A DNA stretch of 64,000 bases from Methanobacteriota archaeon. GTDB lineage: Archaea > Thermoplasmatota > Poseidoniia > Poseidoniales > Poseidoniaceae. Below the pieces are notes generated by a model, which did no database searches, was not told the DNA's origin, and saw only the letters and a program-made list of their open reading frames with translations. Below, in pieces: positions 9,733-21,376 of the stretch. Position 1 is the first letter of the stretch, and the number at the start of each line of letters is the position of its first letter. A program made the position numbers and the translations under genes. The stretch is from NCBI GenBank assembly GCA_018650165.1, contig JABIGM010000050.1, positions 1 to 64,000 of the forward strand. Direction: 5' to 3'.

Positions 9733-9813
9733 GTCTTGAAGGTTACGCGATTCACTCTCGCGAGGGGCTGTTTCTGAGAGAAGCAGATTGTAGCCGTGTC
9801 CAACCTTCAGGAC
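9733..9813 (+). ncRNA. Candidate structured small RNA (three-way junction), unassigned family
   Basis: 12-bp closing stem 9733-9744/9802-9813, 5-bp hairpin 9746-9762, 8-bp hairpin 9768-9786. Both G-U pairs form only on the + strand. Confidence 0.4.
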
Positions 9814-10601
9814 GTAACTACGCCATTGTTACATCCGCGGCAGCCTTCTCCACTACAAAGATGGCAAGTTTTGCCCATACTTCCAGTGAAACTATCGCGC
9901 AAACCGCTTTCGAATTCGTCCTCGTATTCAGAAAGTCCTTGATGACCCCATAAATCGCGAACAGTCGTGTAGCGTGAAAGTCCTTTTTTGCTTCCTGCTT
10001 TGCCTAATGAACCAAGATTTCCACCCTTCTTGTAGGCTAGATCTATCTCGTGGATTTGACGATCTCTTTTACTGTCAGCTGATTCTTTTTGCTTTTTGTA
10101 ATTGACTCTATATTTAGGCCCTCTTAGAAGGAATACTCCAATCGCAAATACGCCGATTTGGACAGCGATTGGAGGCGCGGGGAATGGTAGCAATGCAGCC
10201 AAATCTTCAGAAGAGGCCCCCGGCAGTAAATCGAAACGGTCTGCTAGAGCAACGCCACAAAGCAACGCTCCTGCAACAATTGAAGCACGTCTGATTCGGA
10301 CAGCCCAGCGGCCCTTACGCGGCCATCTCATGAAAGAAGTTAGGAACATTACACATCCTTCGAGAGCTAACAATAGATCAGGTGCATCCCACACGCCAGG
10401 GGTGGTAACGCATTCGTTCAGGTCCCCTGAATCCAAATCTTTCTGTATTTCATCAGCATTACACCCTGGGTCGGCTAACCTTGCAAGAATCAACTTCTGT
10501 GGAGGGTCTAGGTTCATCAGCGCCCCGAATTCAACATTGGCAACAGAAATTGCAATCAGGGCCAAACCAATGATTGCTGCCAACTTCTTGATTAGGCCCA
10601 T
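9807..10601 (-). CDS. Hypothetical membrane protein with C-terminal Cys4 (DnaJ-like zinc-finger) motif
   Basis: Several hydrophobic helices; C-terminus CHLCSGEGCRGCNNG. Likely start MGLIKK at 10601 (track ORF from 10649). Confidence 0.7.
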   Translation of the reverse strand: MGLIKKLAAIIGLALIAISVANVEFGALMNLDPPQKLILARLADPGCNADEIQKDLDSGDLNECVTTPGVWDAPDLLLALEGCVMFLTSFMRWPRKGRWAVRIRRASIVAGALLCGVALADRFDLLPGASSEDLAALLPFPAPPIAVQIGVFAIGVFLLRGPKYRVNYKKQKESADSKRDRQIHEIDLAYKKGGNLGSLGKAGSKKGLSRYTTVRDLWGHQGLSEYEDEFESGLRDSFTGSMGKTCHLCSGEGCRGCNNGVVTS

Positions 10602-10653
10602 ATTTAGCGTGAGTATGGCCAACTCCTTATTGATGCCGCACCTTTTCATGGGT

Positions 10654-10667
10654 CACATTTGAATGTG
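10654..10667. promoter_or_regulatory. Palindrome CACATT-TG-AATGTG in the divergent promoter upstream of nadB
   Basis: Perfect 6-bp inverted repeat with 2-nt spacer, 27 nt upstream of the nadB ATG. Confidence 0.35.
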
Positions 10668-10694
10668 TAAGGCTCCACGGCCAAACCGGCTATC

Positions 10695-12275
10695 ATGTCA
10701 AGAGTCGTCATCATTGGCAGTGGAATTGCAGGCCTATTTGCTGCACTGCGACTTGATAAGGCTGGCCATGAAGTCATAATTATCACTAAACAAAGGCCTG
10801 AAGATTCCTCAACGAATTGGGCACAAGGAGGGATTGCAGGAATTCTCGACAAGACTGATGGCGAAGGGATGGCTGCTCACATCAATGACACCTTAGCTTG
10901 CGGAGATGGAGTTTGCGACGAAGAGGTTGTTAGATGCGTCGTAGAAGAAGCAGGAGATCGAATTCGAGATTTACTTTCCATCGGTGTTGATTTCGAAAAA
11001 GATGGCACTGAATTTCATCTCGTAAAAGAAGGTGGCCACTCTACTAGACGGATTTTACATGCAAAGGATGCAACCGGTGCTGAAATTGAAAGAGCACTTA
11101 CAAATGCTGTAGACTCAAGTGATAATATCAGTTTGCGTCCTCACACATTGGGAGTAGACCTTATTCAAAGAACACATGGTAATCCTGAAGACGGAATAAA
11201 GGGGATATGGTGCCTAGATTTAGGCACCGGAAATATGAATGCTATTTCTGCGGATGCTGTACTTATTGCAACAGGTGGATGCGGTCTACTTTGGGAAAGA
11301 ACAACCAACCCATCCGTTGCTAGCGGAGATGGTTTAGCAATGGCTGTTCGAGCAGGTGCAGCCAGCAAAGATATGGCATACTTCCAATTCCATCCAACTG
11401 CTTTGATGGCAGGTAATGACAAACCATTTTTGATTACCGAAGCACTAAGGGGAGAGGGCGGAGTGCTCCTTGACAATGAAGGCCTGATTAAATATAGAGC
11501 GGGGCATGAACAGCCTGAAAAATATTCATTTACCCTAAAATCTTCCCATCATGGTAGCCTTGCAACAAGAGATGTTGTGGCACGTGCTTGTGACCAAAGA
11601 ATGAAAGTAACTGGTGCAGATAATGTTTGGTTAGTCACAGACCACCTAGACAAGACCAAATTGCATAATCACTTTCCAAATATCGAATCTAAATTGAATG
11701 AATACGGATTATCCCTAGGTGTCGACCCGCTACCGGTTGCTCCGGCTGCACACTACATGGTTGGCGGACTATCTGTGGATATCGATGGAAAAGTATTGAT
11801 GGAAAATGGAAATGAAATTCCGGGGCTATATGGTATTGGTGAAGTTGCTTGTACTGGAATGCATGGTGCAAACCGACTAGCTTCAAACAGTTTACTGGAA
11901 GCGGTTGTTTTTGCAAACCGTGCTGCTGACCACTTTATTGCTAGACCAAATAATAACCTCGAGGACGTTCCTTCATGGAGAGCAGAGGGTATGACCAAAC
12001 TGGAAGAACACGCCCCCTTGGTTAGAGATTTAGAAACACTGAGGAAAACGATGACTGACGATGTAGGAATTGTCAGGAATTTTAGTCGGCTCCAAAGGGC
12101 TAAGAGGATGCTTGAATTACTTTCGATAGAAGTTGATCTAATCTGGACAAAAAGTCTACCTTCTAGAGAATTGGTAGAACTTCGAAATTTGATTCTTGTA
12201 GCGACCCATATCACCGAAGATGCGATTAGAAGAACTGAAAATCGTGGACTCCACTATAACAAAGACCTCATTTGA
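10695..12275 (+). CDS. nadB: L-aspartate oxidase
   Basis: GSGIAG FAD loop, STNWAQGGIA, EGGHSTRRILHAKDATG, QFHPT, LITEALRGEG, HYMVGG, HGANRLASNSLLE, ENRGLHY. Confidence 0.95.
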   Translation: MSRVVIIGSGIAGLFAALRLDKAGHEVIIITKQRPEDSSTNWAQGGIAGILDKTDGEGMAAHINDTLACGDGVCDEEVVRCVVEEAGDRIRDLLSIGVDFEKDGTEFHLVKEGGHSTRRILHAKDATGAEIERALTNAVDSSDNISLRPHTLGVDLIQRTHGNPEDGIKGIWCLDLGTGNMNAISADAVLIATGGCGLLWERTTNPSVASGDGLAMAVRAGAASKDMAYFQFHPTALMAGNDKPFLITEALRGEGGVLLDNEGLIKYRAGHEQPEKYSFTLKSSHHGSLATRDVVARACDQRMKVTGADNVWLVTDHLDKTKLHNHFPNIESKLNEYGLSLGVDPLPVAPAAHYMVGGLSVDIDGKVLMENGNEIPGLYGIGEVACTGMHGANRLASNSLLEAVVFANRAADHFIARPNNNLEDVPSWRAEGMTKLEEHAPLVRDLETLRKTMTDDVGIVRNFSRLQRAKRMLELLSIEVDLIWTKSLPSRELVELRNLILVATHITEDAIRRTENRGLHYNKDLI

Positions 12276-13164
12276 GGGCTTTTATCTGTGAAAGGAGCAT
12301 GCCATTAAGCGGTGTTGGGATACCAAGTGATTCACCTCGGGAAACGACCTGCCCACATAACATATCGATTTCAGTCTCTCTTCCTGCTTTGACATCTACC
12401 AACATCGAGCACAGGTTTTCAGATGTAGAATCCAATACTGAATGGAGTTTTGCTAATAACTGATGATCTTCGTCGATTGAAACTCCTAATGCACGTGCAA
12501 TATTTGCTGCCTCTATCATTGTTGATTCCGATTGAGAAAGTAGAGGCTCTTTGCGCAATTCTCCATTTTTTACTCCACAAATTGCTGCCAGTGGGTTGAT
12601 TGCAACATTTAGCAGTAACTTATTCCATAATATCGAAGATACTTCTTCAGCATATGATGCATTAAGACAGGATAGCGTTTCCTCAAATTCCTTTCCTTTG
12701 GGTCCACCTACTATCAGGCTACCTTTTCCCACCCATTCAATGCAACCGGGGTTGATTCGAGTTACTGCATTTGTAGTAACGCCAACCGCAGCATTTTCAA
12801 ACACATTTTCCTTTAAAATCTCCAAGTTTCCAAGGCCATTTTGTAGTGAAAGAACCGGCCCATTTGTTAGAAAAGAAGCCAATTCAGCAAGCCTCCGAGT
12901 GTCTTTTGATTTGCTAGTAATAATGACTTGATCGCAGGTATCTTTGAGCGAAGGATGAATTCCGACTTCATCGAGACTAACTGTCCAATCCTTTGAGTCG
13001 ATACTCAACTCGGGGTGTCCGTTCACTACCAAACCAGAAATTGCTAGCATGGCACCATGCTCACCTCGCGCATGCACAAGCACGTCATAGCCAGAAACTA
13101 CCAACTTTGCTGCGACTAGGCTGCCGATAGCACCGGCGCCCAATACTGCAACCCTCATACTCAC
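12268..13164 (-). CDS. panE: 2-dehydropantoate 2-reductase (ketopantoate reductase)
   Basis: GAGAIG, SLQNGLG, WNKLLLNVAINPL, SMLVDVKAGRETEID, GIPTPLN. Confidence 0.92.
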   Translation of the reverse strand: MSMRVAVLGAGAIGSLVAAKLVVSGYDVLVHARGEHGAMLAISGLVVNGHPELSIDSKDWTVSLDEVGIHPSLKDTCDQVIITSKSKDTRRLAELASFLTNGPVLSLQNGLGNLEILKENVFENAAVGVTTNAVTRINPGCIEWVGKGSLIVGGPKGKEFEETLSCLNASYAEEVSSILWNKLLLNVAINPLAAICGVKNGELRKEPLLSQSESTMIEAANIARALGVSIDEDHQLLAKLHSVLDSTSENLCSMLVDVKAGRETEIDMLCGQVVSRGESLGIPTPLNGMLLSQIKALK

Positions 13165-15557
13165 ACCTCGTGATTAACTAAGTGGAGGATGGTTTCGCCA
13201 TCATTTAATTCAAACCACGAAAATGATACACCGGTCGTTGGAGCTACTGCTGAAACTGTTGTAATAATTCCAGATTCCAACACTATATCATTAGAAATGT
13301 CCCATTGAGGTCCATTTCCATCAAATTCAATATTCAAGGAAATATTATTTGAGGTTGGGTTTTCAACTACAAATTCGTCATCAATAATTTCAACAGATCC
13401 CAACCAATGCTGTGTTCGACTATCGCCTTGCCCTATAATTAGCGGTGGACCATCGATTACTGAGTAATTAACCGGGGTAAAAGTCTGTTCGCAATCTACA
13501 ATGGATGAGCCAACTGGAGCATAGAGGGTAATTGTATCATTTTGATTAGCTAATTGATTGACGGCCAATGGAATAATTGATAGATTCCAATTACGTGTTT
13601 CATTAACGGAGGTTAGTGGAGGTGAGGGTGTGCCTAATCCCAAACAGTTCCCTACATGGTTTAGAGCCAAAATCGATTGACTGAACATTAAATTATCAGT
13701 TGTCAAATCAACACCTTCACTTGGAATTGTAACAAACCGCTGATAATTATATCCTGCTTTGTAAGGTGCATCTCCCAGATAAAAAATATGCCCATCAAGC
13801 CAAGCCATATCATCGCCAGAAAGGCTGTCCAAACAGATTTCAGATTGGCCTTTTTCCACTGTAAGGTTTCCAGTTGTATTGACATCATCCCAAGTGGAGT
13901 AATCAGATATTGGAGGTAAGTTGAGTGATTCTGTCTGTCCAACATGTAATTCAATACATGCTTTAGGATCATCTAAGTCGCCATTAAATTGCCACTCGCC
14001 AACCGGATAATTGGTTTGATCTGGAATCACATTGTGAATGATTAGTTCATCGCCAATATTCCAAATAAATTCAAGCGCTGTTGTATTCCAACTCTCATTC
14101 CATGCAAAGTTGAATTGCAGTTTGACTTCTTCACTCGGATTTACGGTTCCAAAACAACCAGGACCGCTCGTCCCGTCGCCCGGGACGTTATTAGTTCCTG
14201 AATCACAATCGGGAACAGATAATGAGATATTGTTGCCAAATAAACCACCGTGCAAGGTTATAATCCAGTCTTGTGCAATAAGTGAGGGATTGCTTACAAC
14301 TATTGTTTGATTGAACCACCCATCCTCAATTACCAAATTTTGTTCATCCACACTCCAAGAAAGGTCTTGATCCCAATCATCTACTTCGTGGAATGTAATC
14401 TGAGCGGGCAATGCAAACATAAATGCCATGAATAATATCATTCCAATTCTCCTATGATCTTTGTCAGGTAACCCCTTGAAGTCATCCAATACAATTGGCA
14501 GACGAGGGTCACTTCCCTTAGTAATCAGTAGAGATGCACACAATGCAACCACTGGAACCCATAGACTCCATTCTGAAAATGCTCCAAACAGGAAGGCAAA
14601 CAGTAGAACTACCAGCAACAACATCACTTGTGTTGAACCAGACCTTGCTTCTGGAATGCCCATCCTTGCGATTAAAATTCTTCCACCTGGGAATGTAGGT
14701 ATTGGAAGAAGTGCAATCCATCCGAAAAAGGACAACGTAAGGCCTGCACGGGTCAATGGATGCGCCCATGATGTTTTGAGCACCAGCAACGAATCTCCTT
14801 CGAAATTCAGTCCGAGTAAATTCAGCAATAATGGTAATTCAATCGCCAGCGGTGAAGCGGTTAATGGAACCACATCTGGAGTTAATTCAAGACCAACGAG
14901 GGCGAGAATCATTCCAAGAATAATCATCACTAGCGGGACAGACAAGGCAGAGTTGCCCATTGAGCTACGATCTGGCCAGAGCCTAGCATCACTACGGGGC
15001 AATGATGCGAAACCAATGATTCCAAACGGCCACCAAATAATTCCGGGGCCCGGTAGGGGAAACAAATGTGGAAGGTGTACACCGCTCTTTGCTGCAACCC
15101 ATTTTTGGGTGAATGATGCGATAACTAATACTGCAAAAATTGGCAACGAATATCCTAGAAGCGCATCTAGTGAAGCGTTTTCAACAAACCAACCACCAGA
15201 AGGTCGCCCTGAACTCATCCACTTTTCAGCCGCATAGATTGTTGTCAATAATGAGATAATCCACATTGAAATGACAAAACGCATCGATGGCCACTGATTA
15301 CGAGGGTCTGGGATCAGTTGTAGAATCCACGGTTCGTCAGGGTAAAGACGGGCACTGTATCCTAATTCCTTCAAATGTTGATTAATTGTTTCAAGAACTT
15401 CATGCATGTCTTCGTCTTCTTTTTCGGAAACTAAGTAAGTAGGAGTTCGACCACCTATGTCTTCCATAACGTAACAGTGCCTCGAAAGAATTCTATGGAA
15501 TAACTCACGTTGATTCCATGAAACTTTATGAGCAGAAATTACTTCATCTTCCGACAT
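13161..15557 (-). CDS. Site-2 protease (M50)-like polytopic membrane protein, predicted catalytically inactive, with large C-terminal extracytoplasmic region
   Basis: M50-like topology. The HExxH position reads ASFTQ (VLVIASFTQKWVAAKSGV) and the NxxPxxxxDG position reads ALLPIPTFPGG. Likely start MSEDEV at 15557 (track ORF from 15599). Confidence 0.65.
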   Translation of the reverse strand: MSEDEVISAHKVSWNQRELFHRILSRHCYVMEDIGGRTPTYLVSEKEDEDMHEVLETINQHLKELGYSARLYPDEPWILQLIPDPRNQWPSMRFVISMWIISLLTTIYAAEKWMSSGRPSGGWFVENASLDALLGYSLPIFAVLVIASFTQKWVAAKSGVHLPHLFPLPGPGIIWWPFGIIGFASLPRSDARLWPDRSSMGNSALSVPLVMIILGMILALVGLELTPDVVPLTASPLAIELPLLLNLLGLNFEGDSLLVLKTSWAHPLTRAGLTLSFFGWIALLPIPTFPGGRILIARMGIPEARSGSTQVMLLLVVLLFAFLFGAFSEWSLWVPVVALCASLLITKGSDPRLPIVLDDFKGLPDKDHRRIGMILFMAFMFALPAQITFHEVDDWDQDLSWSVDEQNLVIEDGWFNQTIVVSNPSLIAQDWIITLHGGLFGNNISLSVPDCDSGTNNVPGDGTSGPGCFGTVNPSEEVKLQFNFAWNESWNTTALEFIWNIGDELIIHNVIPDQTNYPVGEWQFNGDLDDPKACIELHVGQTESLNLPPISDYSTWDDVNTTGNLTVEKGQSEICLDSLSGDDMAWLDGHIFYLGDAPYKAGYNYQRFVTIPSEGVDLTTDNLMFSQSILALNHVGNCLGLGTPSPPLTSVNETRNWNLSIIPLAVNQLANQNDTITLYAPVGSSIVDCEQTFTPVNYSVIDGPPLIIGQGDSRTQHWLGSVEIIDDEFVVENPTSNNISLNIEFDGNGPQWDISNDIVLESGIITTVSAVAPTTGVSFSWFELNDGETILHLVNHEV

Positions 15558-15623
15558 AGAAAATTCTCCCACTATTCTTGGGGGTACACCCAACCTCAAT
15601 GAATGAATCGGGTATAAATTAAA

Positions 15624-16250
15624 TCACTTATTCTTGAAACGCTTCAAACGGAATGTCTCTTCGCGCTCCATTTCTTCAAGACGAAGTTGAATGAAAACAC
15701 GTGCTTCTTCAAGTTCAGGAATAACCTTGAACTCAAGTGCATTTACTCGCCTCTTAGTAGCTTCAATCTCAGCCAGTAGACGCTTTAGAGTCGCTTCCAT
15801 CTCAGCGGCCTTTACCATTCTCTCAATCAAATTACCAAATGAGTCAGCTGCTTCATCGATATATGGGGATGAACCGGTAAAACCAATCGATCTCTCACCG
15901 AAAGCCTGCTTCAAATTGGAACCTGAAACTGAAGGAACAACTACGCCCATGATATTTCGGCGTTCGACTTCGACCTCAGGAGCCGCAGAGTTAGCAATTG
16001 CTGCTGAGCGAACCTTGAGCCCGCCTTCAATAGCATTAGCCAAGTCAATACGCTGCTTTGCCAGACGATATGTGTCGGTAAGTTCCCTCTTAGCCTCAAT
16101 CATTTCAGCCAATAATTTACGGAATTCGTGAAACAGACCATCACGCTTCATTTTGAGAAGTTTGTATCCGTTCTTGGTTTGCTTAATGCGCCCCTTAAGT
16201 TTAATCAGTTCACTACGTGTTGGTTTTATGTCAAGTGCCATAAATTTCAA
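15624..16250 (-). CDS. atpD: A/V-type ATP synthase subunit D
   Basis: KPTRSELIKLK, LLKMKRDGL, EATKRRVNALE; last gene of the operon. Confidence 0.96.
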   Translation of the reverse strand: MKFMALDIKPTRSELIKLKGRIKQTKNGYKLLKMKRDGLFHEFRKLLAEMIEAKRELTDTYRLAKQRIDLANAIEGGLKVRSAAIANSAAPEVEVERRNIMGVVVPSVSGSNLKQAFGERSIGFTGSSPYIDEAADSFGNLIERMVKAAEMEATLKRLLAEIEATKRRVNALEFKVIPELEEARVFIQLRLEEMEREETFRLKRFKNK

Positions 16251-16274
16251 CTCCTTCTATTCGGTATAGTAAAC

Positions 16275-17654
16275 TCACTCACGGTTGTCCGGATGGTACT
16301 TGTCAATCCATTTTTGGTCTAGGCGAACTAGATATTTGGTATCAATACCAGCCATCAAAGTCCAGCATAGGTCTAATGTTTCTCCAATTGAACGATCTTC
16401 ATAACGAGATTGTCGAAGGAATTTGTCTTCGAATACGCCTGAGAACTCTAGGAGTTGCTTATCACGTTCGTTTAGTGCATCTTCACCAACAATTGCCACT
16501 AGACCACGTAGTTCGCGGCCTTGTGCATATGCTGCATACATCTGGTCAGAAACCGACTTGTGATCTTCACGAGTGGTCTTTTCCCCAATACACGAACCCA
16601 TTAGACGGGAAAGTGATGGTAGAACGTTGATTGGCGGATAGATACCTGCTTGGTGTAATTCTCGAGAGATAACAATCTGGCCTTCAGTAATATATCCTGA
16701 AAGGTCAGGAATCGGGTGAGTAATATCGTCACCAGGCATGGTTAGAATTGGGAATTGAGTTATTGAACCCTTCTTTCCTTTAACTAATCCTGCTCGCTCG
16801 TAAAGCATTGCTAAGTCAGTGTACATGTAACCAGGATATCCACGACGTCCTGGAACTTCTTCACGTGCTGCACCAATTTGGCGCAGAGCATCACAATAGT
16901 TTGTCATGTCAGTATAGATAACCAGTACGTGGTAATCTTTCTCGAAAGCAAGGTACTCCGCTGCAGTTAATGCAAGACGCGGTGTAATAATTCGCTCAAC
17001 GGCAGGGTCATCCGCTAAGTTAACGAATAAAACCGCACTTTCAAGCGCACCAGTTCTCTCAAGATCGGCACGGAAGAAATTGTATTCTTCAGCAGTGATT
17101 CCCATAGCACAGAATACTACAATGAATTCTTCGTCAGACGCAGTTAACTTTGCTTGACGAGCAATTTGCAATGCGATATCATTGTGTGGTAGACCTGATG
17201 CTGAGAAAATTGGCAACTTCTGTCCACGAACCAATGAAGTACAACAGTCGATAGCTGAGATTCCAGTTTGAATGAAATCGTGCGGACTACGGCGGCTGTA
17301 AGGATTGATCGCTGCACCAATAATGTCTGATGACTCTTCTGCAACAATATCTGGGCCACCGTCACGTGGGCGGCCTGCACCGTCAAGAATACGACCGATT
17401 AAATCAGTCGAAACCGGGAGTTTGAAAACATCTCCCATGAAGGTAACACCTGATTCTCTGTCGATTTTTGCAGTTCCTTCGAATACCTGTACGATAACTA
17501 AATCATCAGATGTATCGAGTACTTGTCCGTTCTTAATTGTCCCATTGGATAATCGTAGTGATACGATTTCACCAAAGGCGACAGGCTCTGTCTTATTCAA
17601 GAAAACTAGAGGTCCCTTGACGTCTGTAATTGTTCTATATTCTTTTCCAGTCAT
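16275..17654 (-). CDS. atpB: A/V-type ATP synthase subunit B
   Basis: [47 protein letters not shown]. Confidence 0.98.
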   Translation of the reverse strand: MTGKEYRTITDVKGPLVFLNKTEPVAFGEIVSLRLSNGTIKNGQVLDTSDDLVIVQVFEGTAKIDRESGVTFMGDVFKLPVSTDLIGRILDGAGRPRDGGPDIVAEESSDIIGAAINPYSRRSPHDFIQTGISAIDCCTSLVRGQKLPIFSASGLPHNDIALQIARQAKLTASDEEFIVVFCAMGITAEEYNFFRADLERTGALESAVLFVNLADDPAVERIITPRLALTAAEYLAFEKDYHVLVIYTDMTNYCDALRQIGAAREEVPGRRGYPGYMYTDLAMLYERAGLVKGKKGSITQFPILTMPGDDITHPIPDLSGYITEGQIVISRELHQAGIYPPINVLPSLSRLMGSCIGEKTTREDHKSVSDQMYAAYAQGRELRGLVAIVGEDALNERDKQLLEFSGVFEDKFLRQSRYEDRSIGETLDLCWTLMAGIDTKYLVRLDQKWIDKYHPDNRE

Positions 17655-17666
17655 GATTACTCCCCC

Positions 17667-19406
<1,740 letters not shown>

Positions 19407-19431
19407 ATTTTATTCCTCCATTTTTTGGAAA

Positions 19432-19734
19432 TCATTTCCACAAGTCGACTCCTATTGCCTTACGAATAGTTTCTCGCAAGGTGGTGTCCTCCTCAGTACC
19501 TATACCAAGAACAGTTGGAGTGACGCTTTCAGAAAGTCTATCGCGTAGACGTTCTGGTAGGGAGGCTAGAACCGCGGAGTCGACCACCACGATTCCCACA
19601 CCCTTTGTTGTGAGCAAATCTCTGAAGACTTTCGAGGTATCCTCTTCTCCTTCAGGATTGTATAAAGTACTAATTCCAGCTAACTGAAACCCGAGTGTGA
19701 ATTCGGGGCTACCTACTACTGCGATTTCCATCAT
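19432..19734 (-). CDS. atpF: A/V-type ATP synthase subunit F
   Basis: IAVVGSPEFTLGFQLAG, IRKAIGVDL. Confidence 0.95.
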   Translation of the reverse strand: MMEIAVVGSPEFTLGFQLAGISTLYNPEGEEDTSKVFRDLLTTKGVGIVVVDSAVLASLPERLRDRLSESVTPTVLGIGTEEDTTLRETIRKAIGVDLWK

Positions 19735-19740
19735 ATCACC

Positions 19741-20781
19741 TCAGAGGACGTGTGCCTCCAAAACCTCAGAATCTAGTCCTGCCATGCGGCCACGGACTAT
19801 GAGGCGTAGATCTTCGATTTCCTGAACTTTAGTAGACACGTAGTGTATTACAGGTAGGGCTGAAATTGGGTGGAGGTAACTCATACGCTCCATCTGCTTT
19901 ATCTCGCGTTGACGTAGCCAGGTAATGATTGGGTCCAGCGTTCTTTCCTCATCAGAGGAAGAGACTGCTTCTTGGAATCCGTCAGAATCGAAGTTGTTAG
20001 ATTGTCTTAGTACATCGAGAAGTCCGTCTTTGTTGCTAACAACTTGAGCGAAACTTCTCTCTTTAATCAGGCGGCCACCAGAGATGAGCGCCTTTGAAAT
20101 TTCCTCGCTAGACAAGCCGAAAGCATGTCCTTCGAGTATATTGATAATATTGCGGTGATCTATTTCACCTGCTAAATGGTTGCGTAAAATTCGTACATCT
20201 GGAGCGCCTCCTTGAAGCATACTCATGGAGTGCTTGAAGTAATGGCGATCAAGTGCGTCTTCATACACTTGCAATCCTTCATCTTCATTGATAGCAAGTA
20301 ATGCCTTTCCGAATGGAAGTCGGCGCATTTGCTCAACTGCATCACGAAGGGTTGTCGATTCTTCGATAATTCGTAACCATGGTGTATTGACATCACTCTC
20401 TTCTGGAAGAATTGAATGTGCAACCTTCTTCACTCCAACTTCATTTACAATTGCACGAAGAACTACCTTCGCGTTGTGGTAGCGGAAACGCCCAGTGTAA
20501 ATCTCAACGAGATCACGAACCTTTCCATTACACAAGCCCAGTATATTGGACAATTCTGCTTGTAAATTGTGTGTAAGTGCGGCTTCGACTAAATCTCCAC
20601 CAGTAAAGTGGCCAGCGTAAAGGTCAATCTCAGTCCTGTAACCACTATCCGCCACTGCGACGGTTAATTGGTCAGGTGACTGTTGGATAAGTTGCCTTAG
20701 GCGTGTACGGTCCATCAGACTCGCTTTGCGAGCTTTAGCACGTGCAGCCACGTAAGCAGTGTTGTTTCCAAGGATTGACAT
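19741..20781 (-). CDS. atpC: A/V-type ATP synthase subunit C
   Basis: YVAARAKA, NAKVVLR, EIDHRNI, EIEDLRLIVRG; operon position. Confidence 0.92.
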   Translation of the reverse strand: MSILGNNTAYVAARAKARKASLMDRTRLRQLIQQSPDQLTVAVADSGYRTEIDLYAGHFTGGDLVEAALTHNLQAELSNILGLCNGKVRDLVEIYTGRFRYHNAKVVLRAIVNEVGVKKVAHSILPEESDVNTPWLRIIEESTTLRDAVEQMRRLPFGKALLAINEDEGLQVYEDALDRHYFKHSMSMLQGGAPDVRILRNHLAGEIDHRNIINILEGHAFGLSSEEISKALISGGRLIKERSFAQVVSNKDGLLDVLRQSNNFDSDGFQEAVSSSDEERTLDPIITWLRQREIKQMERMSYLHPISALPVIHYVSTKVQEIEDLRLIVRGRMAGLDSEVLEAHVL

Positions 20782-20802
20782 AATTTTCGACTCCGTAATT
20801 AT

Positions 20803-21366
20803 TCATCCAAATAGGGCTTCGTTTACAGCAGCCCTCTGTTCAATCCATGCATTGTCCAACAATGTGTCAAAGCGTAAATCGAAAGATAGAGTTCCATCTT
20901 CGGCCTCTAGTACGAAACCACCCAAACCATCTACCTCGTCACCAATTGAGTATCCCTTAGCGGAATCCTCAAGAGCTGCACGATCGATTGATGTAGGGCG
21001 TAAAACCATCTTGCTATCTCCAAGATTTCCCGCTTTCTTTACGAGACTCTTGAGCAGACTCGCACGTCCTGCGAGGCTTGCACTACCCAACATCTCACGA
21101 GCAGTTGCTAATGTAGCATCTAACTCAACACGTCGGGCAACGAGAATTTCTTTCTGATTAGCTTGGCGAGCAGAAGCAACCACTTCACGAGCGATTTGTT
21201 CTGCTTCTTTGTTCGCCTTACCCGACGCATCTCCTTCGATGGAGTTTGCACGAGTAGTAGCCTCAGCTAGGATGGTCTTCGCTTCGTTCTTAGCTGCCTT
21301 GATGGTAGCCTTAGCTTCCGCTTCTGCTGAAGCGGAAATATCCTTTGCGAGTTGTTCTAGCGTCAT
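20803..21366 (-). CDS. atpE: A/V-type ATP synthase subunit E
   Basis: Ala/Lys/Glu coiled coil then GGFVLEAEDG...DLRFDTLL; operon position. Confidence 0.92.
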   Translation of the reverse strand: MTLEQLAKDISASAEAEAKATIKAAKNEAKTILAEATTRANSIEGDASGKANKEAEQIAREVVASARQANQKEILVARRVELDATLATAREMLGSASLAGRASLLKSLVKKAGNLGDSKMVLRPTSIDRAALEDSAKGYSIGDEVDGLGGFVLEAEDGTLSFDLRFDTLLDNAWIEQRAAVNEALFG

Positions 21367-21376
21367 ATATTCACCT

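Noticed and set aside
9762-9800. TPP riboswitch (AGGGG ... CTGAGA present)
   Set aside because: The required ACCC, ACCTG and TAATGC elements are missing, and it is not upstream of a thiamine gene
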